Shown: positions 1-8,873, counted from the stretch's first letter. The stretch is DNA of 64,000 nucleotides from Clostridia bacterium (GCA_017483305.1 JAFULC010000055.1:2835-66834), one strand, 5' to 3'. Numbers and translations: made by a program. The notes: generated by a model from the sequence alone, not told the origin.

Positions 1-122
1 TATCTGCTCTGCAAGCTTTTCCTAAAATACCGATTTTCTGTCAAATTTAAGATAAAAATGCAACAAAAGACAAATTATATTCAGTAAAATCCACGTTCTA
101 CCAAAAAGAGACTGCATTTATA

Positions 123-151
123 TTGAAAAACTACGTCAAAAATGATATAAT
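123..151 (+). promoter_or_regulatory. SigA-type promoter of the XRE-family gene
   Basis: TTGAAA 123-128, 17-nt spacer, TATAAT 146-151, about 28 nt before ATG 179. Confidence 0.5.
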
Positions 152-178
152 TATTGTGTCAACGAAAGGGGCGAGAAC

Positions 179-1096
179 ATGAATGACTACGCTTTCGGCA
201 ACTTTTTATACACCTTGCGGTCGGAAAAGAATTTGTCTCAAGCCGAGCTTGGAGCAATGCTCGGAGTTACAAATAAAGCCGTATCAAAATGGGAAAACGG
301 CAGCGCAAAGCCGAACACAATTTTGCTTCCCAAAATAGCCGAAATCTTCGGCGTTACTGTAGAGGAGCTTTTTGCCTGCAAAAGATTTGAGAAGAATGAC
401 GAGTACGAAAAGATCAAAGCCTATTTGTCGCGTCAAAAAAGGAAATATGCTATCTTGTCCTCTGTTTTTCTTTCCACAACGGTTACCTTGCCTTTGTTTT
501 TAATTGAATTTATCTGCATTGTGATGGGATTTCAGCTTCCCGACGATATTGCCGGTCCTCTCGGTGCGGTCGGATTTATATTCGCATTTATCATTTCTGT
601 TACTGCTCTGATAATTTACCGCAAAGGCTTCAAGCAAGCACTCGCGCCAACCGAAATTATTCATTCAACTCGCCTTGTAAAAATTATTAAGAACGGTATT
701 GCTTTATCTGCGGTCGCGTGGTGGTACATATTTGCTCTGTTGCTCTCGGTCTATTTGCTGATTTTGTCCTACTCGTCGGGTTTTACTTCAGCCAATATCT
801 TCCTTGCGATAGCATCGTTTATTCTGATCTCCCTTTTTGGCGTATTGGTTTGTTTTGCAAGCATTAAGCGGCTATTAAAGATCAAATTCTCCCAAGCATC
901 GCAAAAAAGTAAAAACAGATTGCAGTTTTCGGCGCTGCCCATATGGGTCAAAGTGTGCTATATTACCGTTATCGTGCTTTTCCCTCTGATTTTAATTCAC
1001 CGTTTAATCCTGCCAAGTCTCATCAAGATCATCTCTTGCATTCTTTGGCTGCTGAGCGCGCTTGTTCTGGTTTATTACGTTACGAAGAAGAAATAA
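179..1096 (+). CDS. XRE-family HTH regulator fused to a multi-pass membrane domain
   Basis: N-terminus LSQAELGAMLGVTNKAVSKWENG is a Cro/C1-type HTH. The remaining ~220 aa are hydrophobic helices. ATG start, TAA stop. Confidence 0.75.
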   Translation: MNDYAFGNFLYTLRSEKNLSQAELGAMLGVTNKAVSKWENGSAKPNTILLPKIAEIFGVTVEELFACKRFEKNDEYEKIKAYLSRQKRKYAILSSVFLSTTVTLPLFLIEFICIVMGFQLPDDIAGPLGAVGFIFAFIISVTALIIYRKGFKQALAPTEIIHSTRLVKIIKNGIALSAVAWWYIFALLLSVYLLILSYSSGFTSANIFLAIASFILISLFGVLVCFASIKRLLKIKFSQASQKSKNRLQFSALPIWVKVCYITVIVLFPLILIHRLILPSLIKIISCILWLLSALVLVYYVTKKK

Positions 1097-1111
1097 TCGT
1101 CGTTAAAACAA

Positions 1112-1140
1112 CAAAAACCGATGCATAGCATCGGTTTTTG
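1112..1140. terminator. bidirectional rho-independent terminator
   Basis: caaaaaccgatgc-ata-gcatcggtttttg, a 13-bp stem flanked by A-run and T-run, between convergent genes. Confidence 0.75.
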
Positions 1141-1161
1141 TTTTATGTAAGGTGAGATAAA

Positions 1162-2634
1162 TTACTCAGCGTCGGTTGCAGGAGCTTCCTCTACGGGAGT
1201 CTCAACAACGGGAGCTTCCTCTACAGGAGTTTCAACTGCGGGGGTTTCCTCAGCGGGAGTTTCAATAGCAGGAGCTTCCTCAACGGGAGTCTCAACTGCG
1301 GGAGCTTCCTCTACAGGAGTTTCAATAACAGGAGCTTCCTCAACGGGAGTCTCAACAACGGGAGCTTCCTCAACGGGAGTCTCAACAACGGGAGCTTCCT
1401 CAACGGGAGTCTCAACAACGGGAGTTTCCTCAACGGGAGTTTCCTCGATGGTAGGAGTTACCTGGGGAGTAGCGTTGTTGTTCATCATGTTTGCGAAGCC
1501 CTGCTGCTGCATCATCTGCTGCATCATCATCTGCATCATCATCTGCTGCTGTTCCTGCATAGCATTTGCCTTCTTCTGAGCTGCAAGCTCTGCTGCCTTT
1601 CTCTCTTCCTCGAGAGCGCGAGCCTTCTCTTCTTCGATTCTGCGCTTTTCCATATCGTACTGGAGAACTGCATCTCTGGTTGCCTCTTCAACCTCTGCAA
1701 GACGAGCGGTCTCAGTAGCAATCTCTACCTGAGCAGCAACCTCAGCCTTGTGAACCTTGGTCATCCAGATAGCAGAAAGGATGTAGTATGCGCCGGTGAT
1801 AACTCCGGAGATACTGGTGACAAGCATACCGGAGAACATGCTCTCAACCATAGGATTTATAATCTCAGCAAGATCAGGAGCCATGCTGTCTACAAGGCCG
1901 GTGATCAAAGCGGGACCTGCAATGGAAAGTGTCAGAGTAGGAATAGCGCTGAGAACACCGCAGATACCGATGAACCAAGAACCAACTACGGGAGCTCTGT
2001 TGATTACGTACTCGCCGGTTGTAGCAGTTCTGTCAAGTCCGAGGAAGAACAATCTTCTGTTCGCATATATAGATCTGTATATGGAAATGAAGGTAATAGC
2101 CAATGCCATAACGAGAAGGAATACAAGCGCGGTGATTGCTCCGCCGCTTGTGAGCTCTTCGGAACCAAGCATCTCAGCGAGGAACTCTGCGCCAAAAAAC
2201 AATGCAACGGCAATAATAACGGTCGCAATAGAAGCCATAACGATGCTGATGGTATACATTACTCTTGTATACGCATCGAAAATGGATGCTTTCTTCAGCG
2301 CCGCCTTGTGAACGTCATCAGCAGACTTAACAGAATAGCTCTTCCAAAGGCCGATAACTGCGATCAGCATAAAGATAAAATCAAAAATTCCTGAAACAAT
2401 TGCTGCAGGGTTACCGGTGAACATAGAACCTATCTTGGTTACAAACATTACCGTAAAGCAGATCGCAACGATCAGGAAGATTACGGAATGCAAGTGAGCC
2501 GCAAGCACGCCCTTGGTTTTGCCCTTAGCTGCAGCGATCTTTTCTTTCTGCTCTGCTACTGCGAACTGATATCCGCACTGCTTACAGAACAATTCTCCCT
2601 CTTGCAAGGGATGACTGCACTTAGTACAATTCAT
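1162..2634 (-). CDS. zinc-ribbon membrane protein with coiled-coil, Q/M-rich tract and C-terminal (ETPVEEAPVV)n repeats
   Basis: N-terminal CxxC...CxxC (CTKCSH...CKQCGY), several TM helices, EEKARALEEERKAAE coiled coil, QEQQQMMMQMMMQQMMQQQ, decapeptide repeats. AAGGAG upstream of ATG 2634. Confidence 0.7.
   Translation of the reverse strand: MNCTKCSHPLQEGELFCKQCGYQFAVAEQKEKIAAAKGKTKGVLAAHLHSVIFLIVAICFTVMFVTKIGSMFTGNPAAIVSGIFDFIFMLIAVIGLWKSYSVKSADDVHKAALKKASIFDAYTRVMYTISIVMASIATVIIAVALFFGAEFLAEMLGSEELTSGGAITALVFLLVMALAITFISIYRSIYANRRLFFLGLDRTATTGEYVINRAPVVGSWFIGICGVLSAIPTLTLSIAGPALITGLVDSMAPDLAEIINPMVESMFSGMLVTSISGVITGAYYILSAIWMTKVHKAEVAAQVEIATETARLAEVEEATRDAVLQYDMEKRRIEEEKARALEEERKAAELAAQKKANAMQEQQQMMMQMMMQQMMQQQGFANMMNNNATPQVTPTIEETPVEETPVVETPVEEAPVVETPVEEAPVVETPVEEAPVIETPVEEAPAVETPVEEAPAIETPAEETPAVETPVEEAPVVETPVEEAPATDAE
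1181..1450 (-). repeat. about 9 tandem copies of a 30-bp coding repeat
   Basis: Units such as ggagcttcctcaacgggagtctcaacaacg repeat head-to-tail, encoding ETPVEEAPVV variants at the C-terminus of CDS 1162-2634. Confidence 0.9.
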
Positions 2635-2765
2635 AAGATATAAATCTCCTTACTAAAAAATGTTGTGCAAATATACACATTTAAATTATACGCTTATTTA
2701 ACAATTTTGTCAAGAGTATTTTACAGATATTTCACCCAATTTACACTTGTTTTGCAAAAACGATC

Positions 2766-2798
2766 AAAAGCCCCTCTCGAAATTCGAGAGGGGCTTTA
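2766..2798 (-). terminator. rho-independent terminator of the lipoprotein gene
   Basis: gcccctctcg-aaatt-cgagaggggc, 10-bp GC stem, U-run on the minus strand. Confidence 0.8.
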
Positions 2799-2816
2799 TT
2801 AATCAAATATTATTGA

Positions 2817-5141
2817 TTAGGGGTTAGTTACGTCTACATCGTAGATGTGGTCGTTCTGAGCATCTGCCCAAACGGTTACCCACTTATTAACTGCTTCAGA
2901 AGTCTCTGCCTGACCTACGTACTCGCAGGTGAGCTCGAACGAGGTGGTAAGATCAGCGATGATCTCAGCCTTTTCTACATCGGTAAGAGTTGTGTCAGCC
3001 TGTACTTCTGCAACAAGTGCCTCGAAAGCAGTTCTGATCTGATCGATTGCGCCATTCTGAGCAATGACGAACTCGCAAGCCTCGAGCTTAGCGTACTCTT
3101 CAGCGGTGATGTAACCTTCATCGCTTCCGCCGTTCATAGTCTTGAATTCCTCGATGGTTGCCACGATAGTTGCAACGGCACTCTCGTCGGGATTCTTCTC
3201 GTCAAGAGCATTGATAGATGTCTTAATGTCATCAACATATCCCTCGAGAATTACGATATAAAACTCTGCATCGTCAAGAGCTACTACATCTACCTCGTAT
3301 GTGGTGTCAGCCAGATCGATCTTATACTGATCCTTAGCATATCCTTCAGGAGCATTGTTACCCGCTACCCATGCATCATATGCTGCACGAGCCGCTACGA
3401 TATTAGCCTTGTCGTTAAGAGTGATCTCATTGTTAGCAGGATCAGCAAAGTCAACGGTTCCAAGAGCTGCGATTGCATCGTTAACTGCCTTGGTCTCAGC
3501 GGTCTTAGCTGCAACAAGTGCATCGCAAGCTTCCTTAACTGCTACGAGAGCAGTGTAGTTAGCCTCGGTAACTGCAAATGCATTGGTGCCGTCCTTGAGA
3601 GGATAGCCGTTGCCAAATACATAAGCCTCGCCGTCAACTACAGCATAGTCCTCATACCACTTAACCATCGTTGCAACAGTTGCTGCATCGTAAATGGTTA
3701 CGGTGCTGGGAGTAAGCTCTACGTATGCATCGAGATATGCCTCGGAAGCCTCAACGATAAGAGCGTTGTACTCGGTTACCTTAGCAACGAACTCGGTGTA
3801 GTATGTACCTGCTGCCTTGCCATCGTATACATAGTCAAGAGCAGAAGCATCTTCAGCGTTGTCGATCCAGAAGAGATATGCTCTCTTAGCAGCCTCGATC
3901 TTGTCAGCGGAGAGAAGGTTGACCTCACCGATAGCTGTGTATGCATCGACAAATGCCTTAAGTGCTGCCTCGAAGTCATAAGAGAGTGCAGCGTATGCGT
4001 CTACGAGTGCCTCGTATGCAGTCCAGTCAACCATCTTGTAGTTAGTGGACTTGATAGCGATCTCAGAAGCGAAGTCGCCGGAGAAATAGGTGGATACCCA
4101 AGTATCAATAGTTGTCTTAAGAGTTGCAAGAGCCGCCTGGTTGCCAGCGGTAACAGCAGTTGCGGTCTCGGTGAGCTCTGCTACAGTTGCGTTGATAGCA
4201 GTAGCCTCAGTCTTAGCGGTCTGAAGTGCAGCCTCACGTGCAACGTACTTAGCAAGAGCAGCTACGTCTGCAGTGTAGTCAACGCCGACCTGGCCGGTAA
4301 CGTCACTATCGGGAAGATGTCCGGCGGTGTGCTCAGCCATATACTCGTTATAGAGAGCATCAAGCTTGTTCTGAGCGGTTGCAAGAAGGATAGCAGCGTC
4401 GTCATCAAGAAGGGACTTGCCAGCCTCACCCTTGTAGTATACTTCAAGAGTAGCAAGCTCGCCAGCCTCGACAGCGTCAAGCTTATCAGCGATCTGCTCG
4501 ATGATGAGCTTAGCAGCATCAGCAGTCTCGGTGAAGGTTGCAATAGCCTTCTCAACAGCCTCTACACTGGGAGCTCTGAGGAGGCAGATCTCTGCGAATG
4601 CAAGTGCATTCTCGATCTTTGCCCACTCTGCGTCAGCATAGTAAACCTTGTTATAAGAAGCATATGCCTCTTCGAGATCCTCGATAGCATCAAGGATAGC
4701 GTCGGTTGCAGCGTTCCAGTCCTCAAGAGCGATAACGGTCTCAAGAGCTGCAGCAACAGCATCATTGAGAGTAGTAACGTCAGCCTCGAGCTTAGCACAG
4801 AGAGTCTGGACGGTTGCGATGGTCTCCAGAATCTCTTGGGTGTTGCCTGCCTTGGTTGCCGCTTCAAGAGCATCAGTTGCAGTCTTTCTAACTGCGTCGA
4901 GCTCAGCGGTTACGTCGCCTTCAACAGCCTTGATTGCGGCATTGAAATCAGCGATTGCAGCATCGATATCTGCTGCATTGGTATCAATTGCAGTCTTCAA
5001 CGCAGCGGTTGCAGACTCCAGGTCAGCTATCTTGGTTGCCTGCTCTTCTACTGCAGCATCGTTGTTGGAGCATCCTACGAACGAAACAACAGAAAGAACC
5101 ATAAGGCATGCCAAAGCCATAGCCAAAATTCTCTTTTTCAT
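2817..5141 (-). CDS. Ala-rich, predicted all-helical surface lipoprotein (774 aa), function unknown
   Basis: Start moved to ATG 5141 (MKKRILAMALACLMVLSVVSFVGC, a lipobox) with AGGAGA 7 nt upstream. The ORF-track extension to 5300 has no SD. Confidence 0.75.
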   Translation of the reverse strand: MKKRILAMALACLMVLSVVSFVGCSNNDAAVEEQATKIADLESATAALKTAIDTNAADIDAAIADFNAAIKAVEGDVTAELDAVRKTATDALEAATKAGNTQEILETIATVQTLCAKLEADVTTLNDAVAAALETVIALEDWNAATDAILDAIEDLEEAYASYNKVYYADAEWAKIENALAFAEICLLRAPSVEAVEKAIATFTETADAAKLIIEQIADKLDAVEAGELATLEVYYKGEAGKSLLDDDAAILLATAQNKLDALYNEYMAEHTAGHLPDSDVTGQVGVDYTADVAALAKYVAREAALQTAKTEATAINATVAELTETATAVTAGNQAALATLKTTIDTWVSTYFSGDFASEIAIKSTNYKMVDWTAYEALVDAYAALSYDFEAALKAFVDAYTAIGEVNLLSADKIEAAKRAYLFWIDNAEDASALDYVYDGKAAGTYYTEFVAKVTEYNALIVEASEAYLDAYVELTPSTVTIYDAATVATMVKWYEDYAVVDGEAYVFGNGYPLKDGTNAFAVTEANYTALVAVKEACDALVAAKTAETKAVNDAIAALGTVDFADPANNEITLNDKANIVAARAAYDAWVAGNNAPEGYAKDQYKIDLADTTYEVDVVALDDAEFYIVILEGYVDDIKTSINALDEKNPDESAVATIVATIEEFKTMNGGSDEGYITAEEYAKLEACEFVIAQNGAIDQIRTAFEALVAEVQADTTLTDVEKAEIIADLTTSFELTCEYVGQAETSEAVNKWVTVWADAQNDHIYDVDVTNP

Positions 5142-5311
5142 GTTTTTTCTCCTCTTTCCATGAATAATTTTTTTGCTTACGTCAACGCTAAAAAGCCTTG
5201 TTTTACAAAGGAAACGCGTGGTGTTGCGGTTTAAAGCTTTTATAAAAAGCGCACGATTCCTTTTAAAAACAGCGACAATTAGGGCGTTGTTAGTGAACAA
5301 TTCACATTGAT

Positions 5312-5340
5312 ATTATACAACATACAATATGATTTGTCAA
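5312..5340 (-). promoter_or_regulatory. SigA-type promoter of the lipoprotein gene
   Basis: Minus strand TTGACA (5340-5335), 17 nt, TATAAT (5317-5312). Implies a leader of about 165 nt. Confidence 0.55.
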
Positions 5341-5541
5341 TGCTTTTTTCGTTTTTTTTAAAAAAATTTTTTCTGTCTGTGTTTAATATGAAATTCCTGC
5401 TAAAATAATAACTTTTTTTATACAAAAAGACCATTTCTTACATATATATTTAAAAATTCATTCTGTTTTTATGTTTTTATGTTTTTAGCAATCAAAAAAG
5501 CTGAAAATTTGCTCAGCACGTAAAAAAATATCAAAAAAGCA

Positions 5542-5570
5542 TTGACAACGCATACGGCAGATGATATAAT
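5542..5570 (+). promoter_or_regulatory. SigA-type promoter of the T-box leader
   Basis: TTGACA 5542-5547, 17-nt spacer, TATAAT 5565-5570, both consensus. Confidence 0.7.
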
Positions 5571-5597
5571 GTTAATAAGCTTTAGTCGACTAAAGTA

Positions 5598-5900
5598 AAC
5601 CGTTGAGGAAGAGTAAGTAAGACTTGCCTCTTTTTTGTTCAGAGAATCGCGGATGGTGTGATCGCGGTAAAAAAGCAAGGCCGAATGGACTTCCGAGGGC
5701 AATCGGAAACAAGACATATATATAAATGTAGGTTTTGGAGTATGTGCGACGGAGCAGACCCTCCGTGATCAAAGGTAAACGCATATCGGATGACGAAAGC
5801 ATCCAAGTGCGAAAGTGGATGTTTTACATCAAGCAGGGTGGCACCGCAGGATATTTTCCTGTCCCGGCATTAATGCTTTGGGACGGGATTTTTGTTTTTA
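5598..5900 (+). promoter_or_regulatory. T-box riboswitch leader with Trp (UGG) specifier
   Basis: Stem I: ggaag 5607-5611 pairs cttcc 5690-5694, with AGTA box, AGAGA 5641-5645 and distal-loop GGTGTGA. Specifier loop is GAA-TGG-A at 5683-5689. T-box motif GGGTGGCACCGC at 5836-5847. Terminator cctgtccc/gggacggg plus T-run at 5858-5899. Confidence 0.8.
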
Positions 5901-5941
5901 TCGCGTCCTGCACAAAACTCGAAGAAAGGAAGGACAGAATT

Positions 5942-7312
5942 ATGTCGAATCAAATCCCTTATAAGATCTATATTGAAGAATCGGAGATGCCGAAGGCGTG
6001 GTACAATCTGCGTGCTGATATGAAAAACAAGCCGGCACCGCTTCTTGATCCCAAAACACTCAAGCCTATGACCAAGGATGACCTTGCAGGCGTGTTCTGC
6101 TCGGAGCTTATCGAGCAGGAGCTTGACGATCAGACTCCATACTTTGAGATCCCCGAGGAAATCAGGAGCTTTTATAAGATGTACCGCCCCGCGCCCCTCG
6201 TTCGCGCGTACTGTCTTGAGGAGAAGCTGAAGACTCCTGCGAAGATATATTACAAATTTGAAGGAAACAACACAAGCGGCAGTCACAAGCTCAATTCAGC
6301 GATCGCGCAGGCTTACTATGCAAAGCAACAAGGCCTCGTGGGCGTGACCACGGAGACCGGCGCAGGTCAGTGGGGCACAGCGCTTTCGATGGCGTGCTCG
6401 TATCTCGGACTTGACTGCAAGGTCTACATGGTAAAATGCTCATACGAGCAAAAGCCTCATCGCCGCGAGGTAATGCGCACTTACGGCGCGTCTGTCACCG
6501 CTTCCCCGTCGACCGAGACCGAGGTTGGAAAGAAAATACTAGCAGAATTCCCAAACACAAGCGGAAGTCTCGGCTGCGCGATCTCCGAAGCGGTCGAAAA
6601 AGCACTTGCAACCGAAGGATACCGCTACGTGCTCGGTAGCGTGCTCAATCAGGTAATGCTTCATCAGTCAATTATCGGTCTTGAGACCAAGATCGCGCTT
6701 GACAAGTACGGCATAAAGCCCGACGTTATCATTGGCTGCGCGGGCGGCGGCTCTAATCTCGGCGGACTGATAGCTCCCTTTATGGGCGAAAAGCTCCGCG
6801 GAGAAGCCGATTATCGAATAATTGCCGTCGAGCCCGAGAGCTGCCCGAGCTTTACGCGAGGAAAATACGCTTACGACTACTGCGACACGGGTATGGTCTG
6901 CCCTCTTTCTAAAATGTATACGCTCGGCAGTAATTTTATGCCCGCCCCTACACACGCGGGCGGATTGAGATACCACGGAATGAACAGCACTCTCTCCCAG
7001 CTCTATCACGACAAGCTGATGGAAGCAATGACCGTCAAGCAAACCGAGGTCTTTGCGGCGGCGGAGGAATTTGCTCGGGTTGAAGGCATCCTCCCCGCGC
7101 CCGAAAGCAGCCACGCGATAAAGGTCGCACTTGATATGGCGAAGGAGTGCGCAAAAACGGGAGAGGAAAAGACCATCGTCTTCGGTCTGACCGGCACGGG
7201 ATATTTCGACATGATGTCCTATGAAAAATTTCACAACGGTGTAATGCAGGACTACGTCCCCACCGACGAGGAGATAAACAAGGCTCTTGAGCGATTGCCC
7301 AAGGTCGAATGA
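5942..7312 (+). CDS. TrpB-like PLP-dependent enzyme (TrpB2-type tryptophan synthase beta-related)
   Basis: KFEGNNTSGSHKLNSA contains the PLP-lysine motif, and the protein is the full 456-aa TrpB2 length. Start at ATG 5942 with AAGGAAGGA upstream; the ORF-track start 5735 lies inside the T-box leader. Confidence 0.85.
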   Translation: MSNQIPYKIYIEESEMPKAWYNLRADMKNKPAPLLDPKTLKPMTKDDLAGVFCSELIEQELDDQTPYFEIPEEIRSFYKMYRPAPLVRAYCLEEKLKTPAKIYYKFEGNNTSGSHKLNSAIAQAYYAKQQGLVGVTTETGAGQWGTALSMACSYLGLDCKVYMVKCSYEQKPHRREVMRTYGASVTASPSTETEVGKKILAEFPNTSGSLGCAISEAVEKALATEGYRYVLGSVLNQVMLHQSIIGLETKIALDKYGIKPDVIIGCAGGGSNLGGLIAPFMGEKLRGEADYRIIAVEPESCPSFTRGKYAYDYCDTGMVCPLSKMYTLGSNFMPAPTHAGGLRYHGMNSTLSQLYHDKLMEAMTVKQTEVFAAAEEFARVEGILPAPESSHAIKVALDMAKECAKTGEEKTIVFGLTGTGYFDMMSYEKFHNGVMQDYVPTDEEINKALERLPKVE

Positions 7313-7313
7313 T

Positions 7314-7352
7314 AAAAAACAGAGCAAAGCTTCACGCTTTGCTCTGTTTTTT
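7314..7352. terminator. bidirectional terminator
   Basis: cagagcaaagc-ttcac-gctttgctctg flanked by A6 and T6, between convergent genes. Confidence 0.8.
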
Positions 7353-7361
7353 GGTTGTAAA

Positions 7362-8687
7362 TTATACTAATTCGATAGAATAGATCTTAGCCTTGCCCTT
7401 GTTCAAAAACTCGAACATCATACGGAAGAAGGGCTTATCAAGCTCACCGATATCGATCTCGTGAACTTTGCGTACGCCGTCGCCCGAGAGCTTAAAAGGA
7501 ATCGATGCAAATGAGCAGGGAGTTCCCTTATGATCGGGTCTTGTGGTCTCCGCGTAGCAACGGAACCCTGCTTTTCCTTCGATCTCTCCGCCCTCAATGC
7601 AAGCATCGATGAGTATCTTTTTACATTCTCCCGCTTTTACGAAGAAGAACGGGGAGCAAAGCATGCCTTCGGGCGCAAAATCAAAGTCAAGGCAGTCCTG
7701 ATTGCCATAGCCCTTGTCGGTAATGCCCCTATAATAGAAATTCTGACGGTCCTTGTCAAAGCAGAATTTTCTGTGATCGACCTTCTTGTCAAGCGCAAGC
7801 GCAGTCTCGCGGATCGAGGCAACGTCACCGACGATCAAGGAATAATAGAAGGTGTAAACTATATTATGGTCAAGAATAACGCTGGTGGTCGGACTTACGG
7901 TTCCCGTCTGTCCGTCCTTTGCTCCGCCAATGCCCATTCTTTCAACTCCGCCCGCAAATCCGCCAACGGCTCCGCAGGTGTGGGGATTGTAAACGCCGAC
8001 ACCGTAATCGTTGTCATCAAGGAGCGCTACCCATCCCTCGGGATAGAGCATAAATTCCGAAGGCCAATGTCTGTCCCCGGTGTTTTTGCTGACTATCTCG
8101 GTCAGCTTGCCGTTCGTGCCGGGCTGCTCGCCTACGTAGGAAACTATCCTATAAAACTCACCGTTGGTGTAGACCGCGGGAAGCTCCTGACCGCAAGCGG
8201 GGTACTGTGTTTTGTCGGAGCGGTTGTTATTAAGTCTGGCAGTTACGTTGACCGTCTTATGATCAAGCGTATACCAAAGCTCGAACGTACACTCGCCGGG
8301 TACGTTATTGAGCGCCCACTGCATAGGAATACACTTTACGTAGAGTGCGTTTCCTTCGATTTTATATTCGAGAACCTTTGCTCGATTGAAGAAGCAGTCG
8401 CCCGTCTGGATAGGATTCCAGCCCGTGTGAGTCCAATGAACACCCATTTCGGTTCCTTCCGGGTGGAATGGCACGGGACCTGAGTAGAAGGAAAGCTGCA
8501 CCTGTCTGCCCCAGTCCCAGCTATTGATAATATTTCTGTTTCCGTGCTCGGCAAGATACGTGATCGCGCCGCCAAGTGCGACGTTTGCGCCGAGCTTGAT
8601 ATATTCATTTTCAATATAAACTACGTTTTCGTCAAGGATCTTGTAATCTTCCTCGAGTGCGAGGTAATGAGGATCTTGGTTTGACAT
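7362..8687 (-). CDS. uncharacterised cytoplasmic protein, paralogue A of a tandem triplet
   Basis: 441 aa starting MSNQDPHYLALEED at ATG 8687, with GGAG 6 nt upstream. No signal peptide. Shares IENEYIKLGANVALGGAITYL, WDWGRQVQ, NPIQTGD and PGECTFELWY with the next two genes. Confidence 0.8.
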   Translation of the reverse strand: MSNQDPHYLALEEDYKILDENVVYIENEYIKLGANVALGGAITYLAEHGNRNIINSWDWGRQVQLSFYSGPVPFHPEGTEMGVHWTHTGWNPIQTGDCFFNRAKVLEYKIEGNALYVKCIPMQWALNNVPGECTFELWYTLDHKTVNVTARLNNNRSDKTQYPACGQELPAVYTNGEFYRIVSYVGEQPGTNGKLTEIVSKNTGDRHWPSEFMLYPEGWVALLDDNDYGVGVYNPHTCGAVGGFAGGVERMGIGGAKDGQTGTVSPTTSVILDHNIVYTFYYSLIVGDVASIRETALALDKKVDHRKFCFDKDRQNFYYRGITDKGYGNQDCLDFDFAPEGMLCSPFFFVKAGECKKILIDACIEGGEIEGKAGFRCYAETTRPDHKGTPCSFASIPFKLSGDGVRKVHEIDIGELDKPFFRMMFEFLNKGKAKIYSIELV

Positions 8688-8815
8688 ATTAAACTCCATT
8701 CCACCGCCAAGGCGGCACAAATAGTACTCGATGACTTTTGCCACGGTAAAATTCGCGCAAAACAGTTAAATTACCTGTAAGCAAGAAGCATCCTTCACGC
8801 CGCTATCCTTTTTTG
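8688..8815 (-). promoter_or_regulatory. conserved structured 5' leader element, copy 1 (copy 2 at 59517-59645)
   Basis: About 120 nt alignable with 59517-59645. The first ~75 nt are roughly 80% identical by eye, with islands gaagca, ttcacgc and tcct beyond. Ends in a GC hairpin plus GGAATGGAG SD. Confidence 0.5.
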
Positions 8816-8873
8816 CGGTCCTGCGTAGCGACGTATACAGAAAACCGAAGCCGATAAGCTAAAAATTCAATAA

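Noticed and set aside
1181-1450. Regular 30-bp repeats (and the 39-bp repeats at 28176-28253) as a possible CRISPR array
   Set aside because: The units are contiguous with no spacers. The first set is in-frame coding sequence and the second is a parS duplication. There are no cas genes.
2847-5234. Very long antisense ORFs: 795 aa opposite the lipoprotein gene, 575 aa at 19220-20947, 551 aa at 13389-15044, 515 aa at 25052-26599, 404 aa at 29111-30325, 393 aa at 30916-32097, 387 aa at 15966-17129 and 356 aa at 61552-62622
   Set aside because: The one I checked (2847-5234) is in the codon-aligned mirror frame of the lipoprotein gene, and the others lie opposite well-supported genes. Mirror frames stay open simply because the sense strand avoids TTA, CTA and TCA codons. 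Their translations are low-complexity Cys/Ser/Leu/Val strings with no SD or motif.
5735-5941. ORF-track N-terminal extensions: 5735 for the TrpB-like gene, 5300 for the lipoprotein, 8744/10229/11708 for the paralogues, 21016 for the binding protein, 18156/17141 for the permeases, and 55210 for rpmH
   Set aside because: In each case an internal ATG is preceded by a good SD at 5-10 nt and gives a canonical N-terminus (lipobox, Rossmann start or L34 start). The extensions cross leaders, terminators or the preceding gene.
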